Below are positions 54,366 through 64,000 of a stretch of 64,000 nt of DNA, in pieces. The stretch is taken from NCBI GenBank assembly GCA_035535675.1, contig DATLPO010000117.1, forward strand, positions 42,552-106,551, given 5' to 3'. Position 1 is the first letter of the stretch. Each line of letters opens with the position of its first letter. Below the pieces are notes generated by a model. The model saw only the letters and a program-made list of their open reading frames with translations, did no database searches and had not been told where the DNA came from. The translations under genes and the position numbers were made by a program. Origin of the DNA: Candidatus Limnocylindria bacterium (lineage in GTDB: Bacteria > Chloroflexota > Dormibacteria > Dormibacterales > Dormibacteraceae).

Positions 54366-56468
54366 ATGGATCCGGATGAAGCAGGCCCGAATCCGGTCCC
54401 GGAGGCGCCCCGGTACCTCAACCGCGAGCTCTCACGACTCGATTTTGACGAGCGCGTGCTCTCCATGGCCGGCGATCCAAAGGTGCCCCTCCTCGAGCGG
54501 GTCCGATTCCTGGCGATCTTCAGCCAGAACCTCGACGATTTCTTCCAGGTCCGGGTCGCCGGGCTCAAGGAGCAGGTCCTGGCAGCTGTCGCCGCATCGT
54601 CGCCTGACGGCATGTCGCCTCTCGAGCAGCTCCGCGCGATCCGGAGCCGGGTCGAGGGACTTGTCGAGCGCCAGGTCACCCTTTTCGGCGAGGAGATAGT
54701 TCCCGAGCTGGCGGAAGCCGGCATCGTGATAGTTCGCGCCAACGAGGTAACCAAGAAGGAGCTCAGCCAGCTCCACACTGTCTTCCGCCAGCAGATCTTC
54801 CCGGTGCTCACGCCGCTCGCAGTCGATCCCGGCCATCCTTTTCCCTATATCTCGCATCTGTCGCTGAACCTCGCAGTGATGGTTCGCGACCCGCAGCGCC
54901 ACCAGCAGCGCTTTGCCCGTGTCAAGGTGCCGCCCGTGCTGCCCCGGTTCATACCGCTTGTGGAGGGCAAGCGCTATGTGCCGCTAGAGGATGTCATCGC
55001 GCTGCATATGCAGGCTCTTTTCCCTGGCATGGAGATCGTTGCCCATCATCCCTTCCGCGTCACTCGAGACGGGGACCTCGACGAGATCGACAGCGACGCC
55101 GAGGACCTTCTCGCGGCGATTCAGACCGAGCTTCGGCGCCGGCGTCGCCACGCTCGAGTAGTGCGCCTCGAGGTGGATCCAGGGATGTCGGCGGAGGTGC
55201 TCGAGCTGCTGACGCGAGAGCTCGAGCTGCAGCCTAGCGACGTCTACCAGGCGAAGGGCCTTCTCGACCTCGGGAGCCTTGGCGCTCTCTCGCAGCTGGA
55301 CCGACCTGACTTGAAAGAGGAGCCCTGGACCCCGACGACACAGCCACGGTTGCGCGGCCTGGGATTCGAGGTGCCCGACCTGTTCGCAGTTCTTCGATCC
55401 GGCGATCTTCTTGCACATCATCCCTATGACTCGTTCGCGACATCGGTCGAAGCATTCATCGACCATGCCGCCAGCGATCCCAATGTGCTTGCCATCAAGC
55501 AGACGCTGTACCGGACCTCTGGTCCGGCGAGCCCGATAGTTCGCGCGCTGATCCGCGCGGCCGAGGCGGGCAAGCAGGTGGTCGCGCTGGTTGAGCTCAA
55601 AGCGCGCGGCGACGAGCAGGCCAACATCGCGTGGGCACGGGCGCTCGAGGAAGCAAACGTTCACGTCGTGTACGGCCTGGTCGGCCTGAAGACCCACGCG
55701 AAAGTGACCCTCGTGGTGAGACGCGAGGGCAGGCACATCCAGCACTACCTCCACGTGGGCACCGGGAACTACAACCCCAGCACCGCACACCTGTACGAGG
55801 ACGTGAGCCTGCTTTCTGCTGACGCGGACCTTGGTTCTGATGTCACCGAGCTGTTCAACCTCCTGACCGGTTACAGCCGGCAGCACCGTTACCGAAAGCT
55901 GTTGGTCGCGCCCACGAGCCTTCGCACAGGCGTCAAGCAGCTCATCGAGCGCGAAGCGGTGGTTGGCGGCCGGATCATCATCAAGGTCAACAACCTGGTC
56001 GATCCAGAGATGATCGACGCGCTGTATGCGGCATCCCAGGCGGGTGCACAGGTCGACCTCATCGTCCGCAGCATCTGCTCGCTTCGACCAGGCGTCCCCG
56101 GCCTTTCAGAGCGCATCAGGGTGCGCTCCATCGTCGGTCGATTCCTGGAACATTCGCGGGTCTTCTCTTTCGGAGGCGCCCAACCCGAGTACTACCTCGG
56201 ATCTTCAGACCTGATGCCACGCAACCTTGATCGGCGGGTGGAGGCTGTGGTGCCCGTCACCGACGCCAAGCTTTGCGCGAGGCTAGCCCAGATCTTCGAG
56301 ACGTTGCTGGCCGACGATGTTCTTGCCTGGGAGCTGTGCCCGGATGGCACTTGGAAGCACGTGCCGACGATCAAAGGCATCAGCTCACACAAGCGCTTCC
56401 AGGAGCTTGCGCTGGAGAGCGCTCGCGGCAACGGGGTGGTGCACGGCGTCCCGAATGCTCGAGCGTGA
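54366..56468 (+). CDS. ppk: Polyphosphate kinase 1
   Basis: YLNRELSRLDFDERVL, NLDDFFQVRV, the autophosphorylation His region KTHAKVTLVVR and the two PLD-like C domains. I chose ATG 54366. Confidence 0.9.
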   Translation: MDPDEAGPNPVPEAPRYLNRELSRLDFDERVLSMAGDPKVPLLERVRFLAIFSQNLDDFFQVRVAGLKEQVLAAVAASSPDGMSPLEQLRAIRSRVEGLVERQVTLFGEEIVPELAEAGIVIVRANEVTKKELSQLHTVFRQQIFPVLTPLAVDPGHPFPYISHLSLNLAVMVRDPQRHQQRFARVKVPPVLPRFIPLVEGKRYVPLEDVIALHMQALFPGMEIVAHHPFRVTRDGDLDEIDSDAEDLLAAIQTELRRRRRHARVVRLEVDPGMSAEVLELLTRELELQPSDVYQAKGLLDLGSLGALSQLDRPDLKEEPWTPTTQPRLRGLGFEVPDLFAVLRSGDLLAHHPYDSFATSVEAFIDHAASDPNVLAIKQTLYRTSGPASPIVRALIRAAEAGKQVVALVELKARGDEQANIAWARALEEANVHVVYGLVGLKTHAKVTLVVRREGRHIQHYLHVGTGNYNPSTAHLYEDVSLLSADADLGSDVTELFNLLTGYSRQHRYRKLLVAPTSLRTGVKQLIEREAVVGGRIIIKVNNLVDPEMIDALYAASQAGAQVDLIVRSICSLRPGVPGLSERIRVRSIVGRFLEHSRVFSFGGAQPEYYLGSSDLMPRNLDRRVEAVVPVTDAKLCARLAQIFETLLADDVLAWELCPDGTWKHVPTIKGISSHKRFQELALESARGNGVVHGVPNARA

Positions 56469-57960
56469 GGTAAAGCTCGGGGCTGGACCTGCGTTCCACC
56501 TCCCCGACCTGACCGGGGTCATCGACGGAGTCACGGTCACCGCGCCCGAAGCGGTCCGACTCGAAACTGTCTACTTCGATACCGCAGATCTGCGGCTCGC
56601 GCGGTGGGGAGTTTCTTTGCGCCACAGGGCGGGCGAGGGGTGGACGTTGAAGCTGCCACCGACCAGATCCTCCACCGACGGCCAGAGCCAGGCGTTTCTC
56701 GAACGTGATGAGCTCACCTTCCAGGGAGGCGCAAAGAAACCACCGGCGGCGGCCGTGGCCATCGTTCGCGCCTACGTCCGCAACGCCGAGCTGATCCCCG
56801 TCGCCCGCCTGTCGACAGTTCGCCGTCGCGTCAGGTTGCTCGATGGAGCCGGCAGCCGCCTGGCGGAGGTGGTTGACGACGAGGTGTCGGTGCGGGACGG
56901 CCGGCGCGTAGCAGCCCGATTCAGGGAGATCGAAGTCGAGGTTATGGGAACCGAGGACGGTAGCGATGGAATCGTGGCTCCACTGGTGGCCCGCCTGCGT
57001 GGTGCCGGGGCCGGATCGCCGGACCTGACTCCGAAGCATGTTCGAGCTCTGGGTCCGCGCGCGATGGAGCCGCCGGAGGTTGCTCCGGCACTCGTGCAGC
57101 CAGACTCCCCCGCGCGGGAGGTCGTTCGCAGCGTGATCGCCCAATCGGTGGCCGCCTTGCTCTATCACGACCCTCTCGTCAGGACCAGCGGCGATCCCGA
57201 AGCTGTTCACCAGGCAAGGGTGGCGACTCGCAAGCTGCGTTCTCACCTTCGAACGTTCGGGCCATTGCTCGACCCGGAATGGACGGAGCCTTTGCGTTCC
57301 GAGCTGGGCTGGCTGGCGCTTGGGCTAGGTGCGGTGCGCGACCAGGAGGTGCTGCTCGAAAGGCTGCGCGAGCGGGCGAAATCACTCCCTGCGAACGACT
57401 TGCGATCGGCGGTCGGAGTTCTCCATCTTCTCGAGGTGGACATCGAAGCGCTCCGGAAGAAGCTCATGGATGATATGGACTCCGCCCGCTACGTCGACCT
57501 TCTCGAAAGGCTGGTCGCGGCGGCGCATGCGCCGGCCACACTGCCCGAAGCTGATCAACCGGCGGCCTCGGTGTTGCCGGCGCTGGCAACTGGGCCCTGG
57601 CGGCGCCTGCGGTCAGCCGTCAAGAACCTGACCGACCCACCTGCCGATGCAGATCTGCATCGCATTCGCATCCTTGCCAAGCGCGCGAGATACGCGGCCG
57701 AGGCCGTTGCGCCAGTGGCCGGCCCAAGCGCGGCGGCTTTCGCGAGGGCGGCTGCCAAGCTACAGACAATCCTGGGTGAGCACCAGGACAGCGTCACCGC
57801 CCAGGCGTGGTTGCGCGGCACAAGAATCAGCGGGCGAAGAGCGTTCGTGGCGGGCGAGCTCATCGCCATGGAACACGTCGCCGCGGAAGACGCAAGAAAG
57901 AAGTGGACGAAAGTCTGGAAAGCTCTTGACCGCAAGAGCCTTCGCGACTGGATGCCATGA
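56455..57960 (+). CDS. CYTH-CHAD two-domain protein (triphosphate-tunnel domain + polyphosphate-associated CHAD)
   Basis: The CYTH start is LEREVKL...YFDTADLRLARWGVSLRHR. CHAD motifs are VHQARVATRKLRSHLRTF and LHRIRILAKRARYAAE. It overlaps the ppk end by 14 nt. Confidence 0.8.
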   Translation: MLEREVKLGAGPAFHLPDLTGVIDGVTVTAPEAVRLETVYFDTADLRLARWGVSLRHRAGEGWTLKLPPTRSSTDGQSQAFLERDELTFQGGAKKPPAAAVAIVRAYVRNAELIPVARLSTVRRRVRLLDGAGSRLAEVVDDEVSVRDGRRVAARFREIEVEVMGTEDGSDGIVAPLVARLRGAGAGSPDLTPKHVRALGPRAMEPPEVAPALVQPDSPAREVVRSVIAQSVAALLYHDPLVRTSGDPEAVHQARVATRKLRSHLRTFGPLLDPEWTEPLRSELGWLALGLGAVRDQEVLLERLRERAKSLPANDLRSAVGVLHLLEVDIEALRKKLMDDMDSARYVDLLERLVAAAHAPATLPEADQPAASVLPALATGPWRRLRSAVKNLTDPPADADLHRIRILAKRARYAAEAVAPVAGPSAAAFARAAAKLQTILGEHQDSVTAQAWLRGTRISGRRAFVAGELIAMEHVAAEDARKKWTKVWKALDRKSLRDWMP

Positions 57961-57980
57961 CGTTCGGGACTATCTACTAA

Positions 57981-58442
57981 GTGCCAACGCTCTACTTCGT
58001 CAGGCATGCGAAAGCGGGGAGTCGCACCAATTGGGATGAGGATGACCGCGCTCGCCCGCTCACCAAGAATGGCTTCAAGCAGGCCGATGCGCTGGTTGCG
58101 ACGCTCGGACCCTACTCGATCTCGGCGATCCTTTCGAGCCCATACGAACGATGCGTGCAGACCGTCGAGCCCCTGGCGCGAGCGAGGCGAATCAAGGTCC
58201 AAGAGACGCGGCATCTGGCCGAAGGCGCGCGGCTGAAAGGTGCCTTTCGGTTCATCGAGGACCCGGAGCTCGACGACACAGTCCTCTGCACGCACGGGGA
58301 CGTGATGCAGGAGCTGGTCGAAGACCTGATCCGACGCCGCATCGTAAAGGCATCGCACATGGCCCTCGAAAAGGCCTCGACCTGGGTCATCGAGGTCGAG
58401 GATGGCACGCCTGTGAGCGCCCGTTACATTCCCGCGCCGTGA
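57981..58442 (+). CDS. Histidine-phosphatase-superfamily protein (SixA-like)
   Basis: LYFVRHAKAG has the RHA catalytic motif and THGDVM the second His. The start is GTG. Confidence 0.75.
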   Translation: MPTLYFVRHAKAGSRTNWDEDDRARPLTKNGFKQADALVATLGPYSISAILSSPYERCVQTVEPLARARRIKVQETRHLAEGARLKGAFRFIEDPELDDTVLCTHGDVMQELVEDLIRRRIVKASHMALEKASTWVIEVEDGTPVSARYIPAP

Positions 58443-59152
58443 GCGCGTTCGCGACGGCGATGCGCTCCGCTCTTGCCGCTGCCGCGGATTCCGAGCGGGC
58501 GCCATGGATGCAGGCCTACATGAAATCCGAGATGCCCTATCGCGGCATATCGGCTCCGGATATGCGGGCCATCGCAAAGCATGTGATCGCCGCCCACTCC
58601 CTCGCGTCATGCACCGAATGGCGTGCCGCGGTTCTGGAGCTCTGGCGGGGTGCCCGTTTCCGCGAAGAGCGATACGCCGCGATCGAGCTGTTGGCCCATC
58701 GACGTCACAAGGACTGCAGGACGCCCGATGTTTTGCCTCTTTACGAAGAGATGATCACGACTGGCGCTTGGTGGGACTACGTTGACGAGGTATCCCACCA
58801 CGTCGCCAACCTGCTTCGATCGCATCCTCAGGAGATGAAGCCGGTGATGCGTGCGTGGAGCACCGACAAAGATCTTTGGAAGAGGAGAGTGTCGATCATC
58901 TGCCAGATCTCCTTCAAGAGGGACACCGACCTCGATCTGCTCTACTCCAACATCGAGCCCAACCTCACGGAGCGGAACTTCTTCATCCGGAAAGCGATCG
59001 GATGGGCCCTCAGGGCGTATGCCTGGACCGACCCAGACGAGGTGGAGCGGTATGTGGCTCAGAACGAGGCAAGGCTGAGCGGCTTGAGCCGGCGCGAAGC
59101 GCTCAAGAACGTCCAGAAGACTCGGCCATCCCGCGCTGCCTCCTCGCGTTAG
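58439..59152 (+). CDS. DNA alkylation repair protein (AlkD-like HEAT-repeat family)
   Basis: APWMQAYMKSEMPYRGI, EERYAAIELL, WWDYVDEV, LWKRRVSII and FFIRKAIGWALR. The GTG start overlaps the upstream stop (GTGA). Confidence 0.7.
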   Translation: MSAFATAMRSALAAAADSERAPWMQAYMKSEMPYRGISAPDMRAIAKHVIAAHSLASCTEWRAAVLELWRGARFREERYAAIELLAHRRHKDCRTPDVLPLYEEMITTGAWWDYVDEVSHHVANLLRSHPQEMKPVMRAWSTDKDLWKRRVSIICQISFKRDTDLDLLYSNIEPNLTERNFFIRKAIGWALRAYAWTDPDEVERYVAQNEARLSGLSRREALKNVQKTRPSRAASSR

Positions 59153-59162
59153 CCTTCCACAT

Positions 59163-60695
59163 GTGACAGTCACGCTGCGGGGCGCCGGCCTTGCCGAAGA
59201 GCAGGTGGTCGCGGTGGCCCGTCACGGTGAGAAGGTGGCATTGGCCGCTGCGGCGCGGACCAGGATGGAGCGCAGCCGGACACGTGTGGAGCGCGCTGCA
59301 GCTTCAAGAGAGCCGGTTTACGGCGTGTCGACAGGGTTCGGAGCCCTGGCCGGCACCCGCGTCGCCCCGCTCCGGCAGCCGGAGCTGCAGCTGGCGCTGA
59401 TCCGATCGCATGCCGCCGGGATGGGACCGCCCGTCGACGACGAGGTGGTGCGGGCGACCATGCTGCTGCGGGCACGCACTCTTTCGATGGGGCTCTCGGG
59501 CGTTCGCCCCGCCGTCGCGGAGGCGCTCATCGGCCTGCTCAACGCGCAGATCACGCCGGTGGTGCCGCGACATGGCTCCGTCGGATGCAGCGGCGATCTC
59601 GCTCCGCTCGCGCACATCGCCCTGGCGCTGGTCGGCGAGGGAGAGGTTGCTGATGCCGACGGCGCGAGAAAGCCGGCTCTGCAGGCTCTCAAGGCAGCCA
59701 GGCTGAAACCCCTCAAGCTCGAGACGAAGGAAGGGCTCTCCCTGATCAACGGCACAGACGGGATGCTCGGCATGCTCGCTCTCGCTTGCGCTGACGCCGA
59801 GCGGTGCTTCCGAATCGCCGATATCACAGCGGCAATGTCGGCGGAAGCCCTGATGGGGACAGACCGCACTTTCCAGCGGCAGCTTCACGAGATCCGCCCC
59901 CACCCCGGCCAGGTGGCAAGCGCCGCCAACCTGTCGCGTCTTCTGGGCGGCTCGGGGATCGTCGCCTCGCACCGCCATTCGCAGCACGCAGTCCAGGACT
60001 CCTATTCGGTGCGGTGCAGCCCGCAGGTGGCCGGCGCCGCGCGCGACACATTGGATTTCGCCCGCCGCACGGCGGCCATCGAGCTTGCCTCTGTGGTCGA
60101 CAACCCGGTTGTCCTGGAGAGCGGTGAAGTGGAGTCCACCGGCAACTTTCACGGAGAGCCGCTGGCATTCGCCGCCGACTTCCTCGCGATCGCTGCCGCC
60201 GAAGTCGGCGCCATCTCTGAGCGGCGGCTCGACCGGCTGCTCGATCCTCATCGCTCCGAGGGCTTGCCTCCCTTTCTGGCTGAGGAGCCCGGAGTCAACT
60301 CGGGTCTCATGGTGGCCCAGTACACCGCCGCCGCCCTGGTCGCCGAGAACCGGCGCCTTGCTGCGCCTGCCAGTGTCGACTCGATCCCAACCTCCGGCAT
60401 GCAGGAGGACCACGTTTCGATGGGTTGGGGTGCGGCGCTCAAGTTGCGCACCGTGCTGGAGAACCTCACCCACATCCTCGCCGTGGAGCTGGCCGCGTCC
60501 TCCAGGGCTCTCGATCTGCGCCGTCCACTACAGCCGGCTCCCGCCACCTCCGCGGTTCGGGATCTTGTGCGAAAGCACGTGGGCGGACCCGGTCCCGACC
60601 GCTTTCTTGCACCGGATCTGACCGCGGCCGAGGCCCTGGTGCGCAGCGGAGCGGTGCTTGAAGCCGCCGAGGCAGTCATCGGCAAGCTGAAGTGA
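59163..60695 (+). CDS. hutH: Histidine ammonia-lyase
   Basis: YGVSTGFG and the MIO region [14 protein letters not shown] (Cys-Ser-Gly variant), then NGTDG and SAN(Q)EDHVSMG-like QEDHVSMG. Confidence 0.9.
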   Translation: MTVTLRGAGLAEEQVVAVARHGEKVALAAAARTRMERSRTRVERAAASREPVYGVSTGFGALAGTRVAPLRQPELQLALIRSHAAGMGPPVDDEVVRATMLLRARTLSMGLSGVRPAVAEALIGLLNAQITPVVPRHGSVGCSGDLAPLAHIALALVGEGEVADADGARKPALQALKAARLKPLKLETKEGLSLINGTDGMLGMLALACADAERCFRIADITAAMSAEALMGTDRTFQRQLHEIRPHPGQVASAANLSRLLGGSGIVASHRHSQHAVQDSYSVRCSPQVAGAARDTLDFARRTAAIELASVVDNPVVLESGEVESTGNFHGEPLAFAADFLAIAAAEVGAISERRLDRLLDPHRSEGLPPFLAEEPGVNSGLMVAQYTAAALVAENRRLAAPASVDSIPTSGMQEDHVSMGWGAALKLRTVLENLTHILAVELAASSRALDLRRPLQPAPATSAVRDLVRKHVGGPGPDRFLAPDLTAAEALVRSGAVLEAAEAVIGKLK

Positions 60696-62338
60696 CGCGC
60701 ACGATTCGCGCGCCTCGGGGCTCAAAGATCACGTGCCTGGGCTGGCCGCAGGAAGCCGCGATGCGCATGCTGATGAACAACCTCGATCCAGAGGTCGCGG
60801 AGCGCCCGGAAGACCTAGTCGTGTACGGCGGCACAGGTCGTGCCGCCCGATCGTGGGAGGCCTTCGACGCCATCATCAGAGAGCTGAAGGTTCTGAAGGG
60901 CGACCAGACCCTTCTCGTGCAATCGGGCAAGCCGGTGGGCGTGTTCGACACACACGAATGGGCTCCGCGAGTGCTCATCTCCAACTCGATGCTCGTGCCT
61001 GAATGGGCGACGTGGGACGAGTTCCGTCGCCTCGAGGCTCTCGGGCTGACCATGTACGGGCAGATGACTGCCGGCTCCTGGATCTACATCGGGACCCAGG
61101 GAATCCTCCAGGGGACTTACGAGACTTTCGCTGCGATCGCGCAGAAGCGATTTCAAGGCTCCCTTGCCGGGACGATCACGCTGACCGCCGGTCTAGGAGG
61201 CATGGGCGGGGCGCAGCCGCTCGCTGTCACTCTAAATGGGGGCGTCGCCATCTGTGTGGAGGCGGATGACGACCGCATCAAGCGCCGGCTGGAGCACCGC
61301 TACCTTGACGTCCGTGCCGACGATCTCGAGGACGCGCTGCGGCTGGCGAGCGAGGCAAAGGCCGGCAGGCGCGCTCTCTCGATCGGGCTGCACGGCAACG
61401 CCGCGGAGATTCTGCCGGCCCTGGTCGCCCGAGGTTTCGCTGTTGACATCGTGACCGACCAGACCCCGGCACACGATCCACTGAGCTACATCCCCGCGGG
61501 GCTCAGCCCGGAAGATGCGCAAGAGCTGAGGCTTGACGATCCTGACGCTTACGTGAAGCGCGCTCGCGAAAGCATGGCGCGGCACGTTGACGCGATGATC
61601 GCGTTCCTCGACCGTGGAGCCGAAGTCTTCGATTACGGCAACAGCCTGCGCGCGGAAGCTCGACTCGGCGGCTCCACACGCGCGTTCGAATTTCCGGGTT
61701 TTGTGCCTGCCTATATCCGGCCTCTCTTTTGCGAAGGCAAGGGCCCATTTCGATGGGTCGCGCTGTCGGGCGATCCTGAGGACATCGCCGCAACAGACCG
61801 CGCGATACTCGACGAGTTTTCCGACGATCCCGCGCTCGTGCGCTGGATTGAGGCCGCGGGCGAGCGCGTCAGCTTCCAGGGCCTGCCCGCCCGCATCTGC
61901 TGGCTCGGTTATGGCGAGCGAGCTCGCGCGGGCCTGCGTTTCAACGAGCTCGTCAGTTCTGGCGCTGTCAAAGCTCCGATAGTGATCGGCCGCGATCACC
62001 TTGACTCCGGTTCGGTGGCCTCTCCCTACAGGGAGACCGAGGGGATGCTTGACGGTTCGGACGCGATCGCCGACTGGCCAATCCTGAACGCCCTCCTCAA
62101 CACGTCGAGTGGGGCATCCTGGGTGAGCGTCCACCACGGCGGGGGCGTCGGAATAGGGCGCTCGATCCACGCCGGGATGGTGGTGGTGGCCGACGGCAGC
62201 GATGAGGCAGCGCGCAAGCTCGAACGTGTCCTCACCAACGACCCCGGCACTGGTGTCATGCGGCACGCCGACGCGGGCTACCAGCGCGCAATCGATGTGG
62301 CGGGCGAACGTGGCGTCCACATCCCCATGCGCGGGTGA
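60692..62338 (+). CDS. hutU: Urocanate hydratase
   Basis: [38 protein letters not shown] and [12 protein letters not shown]. Confidence 0.9.
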   Translation: MTRTIRAPRGSKITCLGWPQEAAMRMLMNNLDPEVAERPEDLVVYGGTGRAARSWEAFDAIIRELKVLKGDQTLLVQSGKPVGVFDTHEWAPRVLISNSMLVPEWATWDEFRRLEALGLTMYGQMTAGSWIYIGTQGILQGTYETFAAIAQKRFQGSLAGTITLTAGLGGMGGAQPLAVTLNGGVAICVEADDDRIKRRLEHRYLDVRADDLEDALRLASEAKAGRRALSIGLHGNAAEILPALVARGFAVDIVTDQTPAHDPLSYIPAGLSPEDAQELRLDDPDAYVKRARESMARHVDAMIAFLDRGAEVFDYGNSLRAEARLGGSTRAFEFPGFVPAYIRPLFCEGKGPFRWVALSGDPEDIAATDRAILDEFSDDPALVRWIEAAGERVSFQGLPARICWLGYGERARAGLRFNELVSSGAVKAPIVIGRDHLDSGSVASPYRETEGMLDGSDAIADWPILNALLNTSSGASWVSVHHGGGVGIGRSIHAGMVVVADGSDEAARKLERVLTNDPGTGVMRHADAGYQRAIDVAGERGVHIPMRG

Positions 62339-63555
62339 ACGGCGCCGGGACCTGGCACGCTGACCAGGCCTGGCTCGGCCACCGAGCCGAGAACGTCCTG
62401 ATCGAAGTCGAGGATGGTCGTATCAAGTCGCTCACTGAGGGCGTGCCGGCCAGCGCCGGAGCGGTGAAGCTACGAGGATGGACCCTCCCTGGCCTGGCCA
62501 ACGTTCACAGCCACGCGTTTCAGCGCGTGCTGCGAGGGACCACCGAATCCGGGGGCGGCGACTTCTGGGAGTGGCGCCACCAGATGTACGGGGCCGCCGA
62601 AAGCTGGACGCAGGCCGGGTATCTGAAACATTGCGCGCTGGTCTTTCGCGAGATGCTCGAAGCCGGCATCACTGCCGTAGGAGAGTTCCACTATCTGCAT
62701 GCATTGGGCAACGACCTGGGACAGGCGGTTGCGGATGCCGCGGCCCAGGCGGGGATCCGCCTCACGTTGATCGACGCGTGCTACCTGCGCGGCGGCGTCG
62801 ACGGACGCCCGCTCGAAGGCGCCCAGAAATCATTTTCGGATGTGGACGCCGATCACTGGGTGCGGCGAATGGATTCATTCGCGGCTGGCGATGGAGTACG
62901 CGTCGGGGCAGCAATCCATAGCGTGCGCGCCGTGGATCCGCCTTCAATGCGGATCGTTGCTGCCTGGGCGCGAAAGCGTAAGGCGCCGTTCCACATCCAT
63001 CTGGCTGAACAGCCCGCCGAAGTGGAGGATTGTGTAGCCGTTGAGGGCTGCACGCCAACGCAACTTCTCGAACGCGAGGGGATTTTGGGCCCGGACCTGA
63101 CAGCTGTCCACGCGATTCACGTCGACGATGAGGACATCGCTCTATTGGGCCGCCACATGGTTTCGGTCTGCGCCTGCACCACGAGCGAGAGGGACCTCGG
63201 CGATCGCGTCGGCCCAATGCAACGTTTGACCGCCGCGGGAACCCCCCTGTGTGTGGGCAGCGACTCCAATGCGGTAATCGACATGTTCGAGGAGGCGCGT
63301 GGGCTGGAGCTCGATCAACGCCGCGCCAGAGGACGTCGCGTTCTCCACCAACCTGAGGAGCTCTTTCGGGCAGCCACGATCGGTGGAATGCGCGCGCTGG
63401 GTTGGGACGGAGGCGAACTGAAACCGGGAAGGCTCGCCGACTTCATCACCCTTGACCAAGAGCGGCCGCTCGACCTCGGCTACCTGATGTTCGCGTGCTC
63501 GGCGCGCGACGTGGCGAACGTGGTCGTCGGCGGGACGACGGTCATCTCGAGATGA
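62335..63555 (+). CDS. hutF: Formimidoylglutamate deiminase (amidohydrolase superfamily)
   Basis: [14 protein letters not shown], the metal ligands HLAEQ and AVHAIH, and the position between hutU and hutI. Confidence 0.6.
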   Translation: MNGAGTWHADQAWLGHRAENVLIEVEDGRIKSLTEGVPASAGAVKLRGWTLPGLANVHSHAFQRVLRGTTESGGGDFWEWRHQMYGAAESWTQAGYLKHCALVFREMLEAGITAVGEFHYLHALGNDLGQAVADAAAQAGIRLTLIDACYLRGGVDGRPLEGAQKSFSDVDADHWVRRMDSFAAGDGVRVGAAIHSVRAVDPPSMRIVAAWARKRKAPFHIHLAEQPAEVEDCVAVEGCTPTQLLEREGILGPDLTAVHAIHVDDEDIALLGRHMVSVCACTTSERDLGDRVGPMQRLTAAGTPLCVGSDSNAVIDMFEEARGLELDQRRARGRRVLHQPEELFRAATIGGMRALGWDGGELKPGRLADFITLDQERPLDLGYLMFACSARDVANVVVGGTTVISR

Positions 63556-64000
63556 GGCGCTTGATCAACATCGGGCGGCTTTTCACTGGCACGCCGGCCG
63601 GGGTGATCGAGCGAGCGGCGGTCATCGTCGACGACGAGCACATCGCCTGGTGCGGCCGGGAGGGCGATGAGCCGCTCGAGCTGCTCGGCTATGTGAGCGA
63701 GGACGAGGATTGCGACGGGGCCTTGATGACTGCCGGCCTGATCGACGCGCACACACACCCCGTCTATGCGGGGGACCGCATGGCGGAGGTTGCGATGCGG
63801 ACCGCCGGCGCCTCGTACTCCGAGGTGGCCAAAGCCGGAGGCGGGATCCGCTCCACCGTGAAGGCAACGCGCGAGGCTGCAGCAGAAGCCCTCGAGCTGG
63901 CGACTGCCAAGCGATTATCAGGATGGGTGGAAGGGGGCACGACCACGGTGGAGGCGAAGACCGGTTACCACCTGCAGCACGACGGAGAGCTGGAAGCCGC
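63552..64000 (+). CDS. hutI: Imidazolonepropionase, 3'-truncated by window edge
   Basis: The ATG 63552 forms an ATGA overlap. Motifs are AGLIDAHTHPVYAG, GGGIRSTV and TTVEAKTGY. It is absent from the ORF track because the frame has no stop inside the window. Confidence 0.8.
   Translation, partial: MRRLINIGRLFTGTPAGVIERAAVIVDDEHIAWCGREGDEPLELLGYVSEDEDCDGALMTAGLIDAHTHPVYAGDRMAEVAMRTAGASYSEVAKAGGGIRSTVKATREAAAEALELATAKRLSGWVEGGTTTVEAKTGYHLQHDGELEA

Noticed and set aside
59575-59600. HutH MIO-forming triad reads Cys-Ser-Gly (GSVGCSGDL) instead of the textbook Ala-Ser-Gly.
   Set aside because: As far as I recall, the classical PAL/histidase signature tolerates Ser, Ala or Cys at this position. 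This is probably normal family variation, and the hutU/F/I neighbours support an ordinary histidase.
1-64000. I looked for rRNA, tmRNA, RNase P, known riboswitch cores, IS elements or terminal inverted repeats, toxin-antitoxin pairs, reverse transcriptases (retron/DGR) and canonical defence genes.
   Set aside because: I recognised none by eye apart from the degenerate SNF2 fragment. Small structured RNAs cannot be excluded without covariance-model searches.

Overview
This is a 64-kb high-GC chromosomal segment. GTG/TTG starts are frequent and many neighbouring genes have 1-4 nt stop/start overlaps. It looks Actinomycetota- or Chloroflexota-like, but I cannot place it further without a database search. 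I call about 58 protein genes and one tRNA-Pro(GGG). I saw no rRNA, CRISPR array, transposase, integrase or phage genes. All functions are inferred by eye from remembered family motifs, so every family call needs HMM or BLAST confirmation. Blocks in order: (1) 1-12.5 kb, a cell-envelope block. It holds a Gtr-like GT2/GtrA/GT-C glycosylation cassette with an embedded HprK-like P-loop protein, then three secreted phosphoesterases and an odd ORF that fuses an extracytoplasmic/TM protein to a degenerate SNF2 ATPase half. (2) 12.5-13.4 kb, an unusually long non-coding gap with two copies of a 40-nt unit carrying a covarying hairpin, upstream of a sensor-less NarL-type two-component pair. (3) 16.5-33.8 kb, an amine-catabolism supercluster of two divergent operons around a GntR regulator. 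One arm looks like the gamma-glutamyl ethanolamine route. The other is a 9-gene translationally coupled operon whose enzyme mix matches no pathway I know, and it is my best candidate for new biology. (4) 34-45 kb, housekeeping genes (azlCD, pepF, ccdA, lhr) ending at tRNA-Pro. (5) 45-54 kb, mixed accessory genes, including a TetR-controlled split Pat-like GNAT/cNMP-domain pair, GH4, GH13 and an ABC-2 exporter. (6) 54-59 kb, a polyphosphate module. (7) 59-64 kb, hutHUFI.
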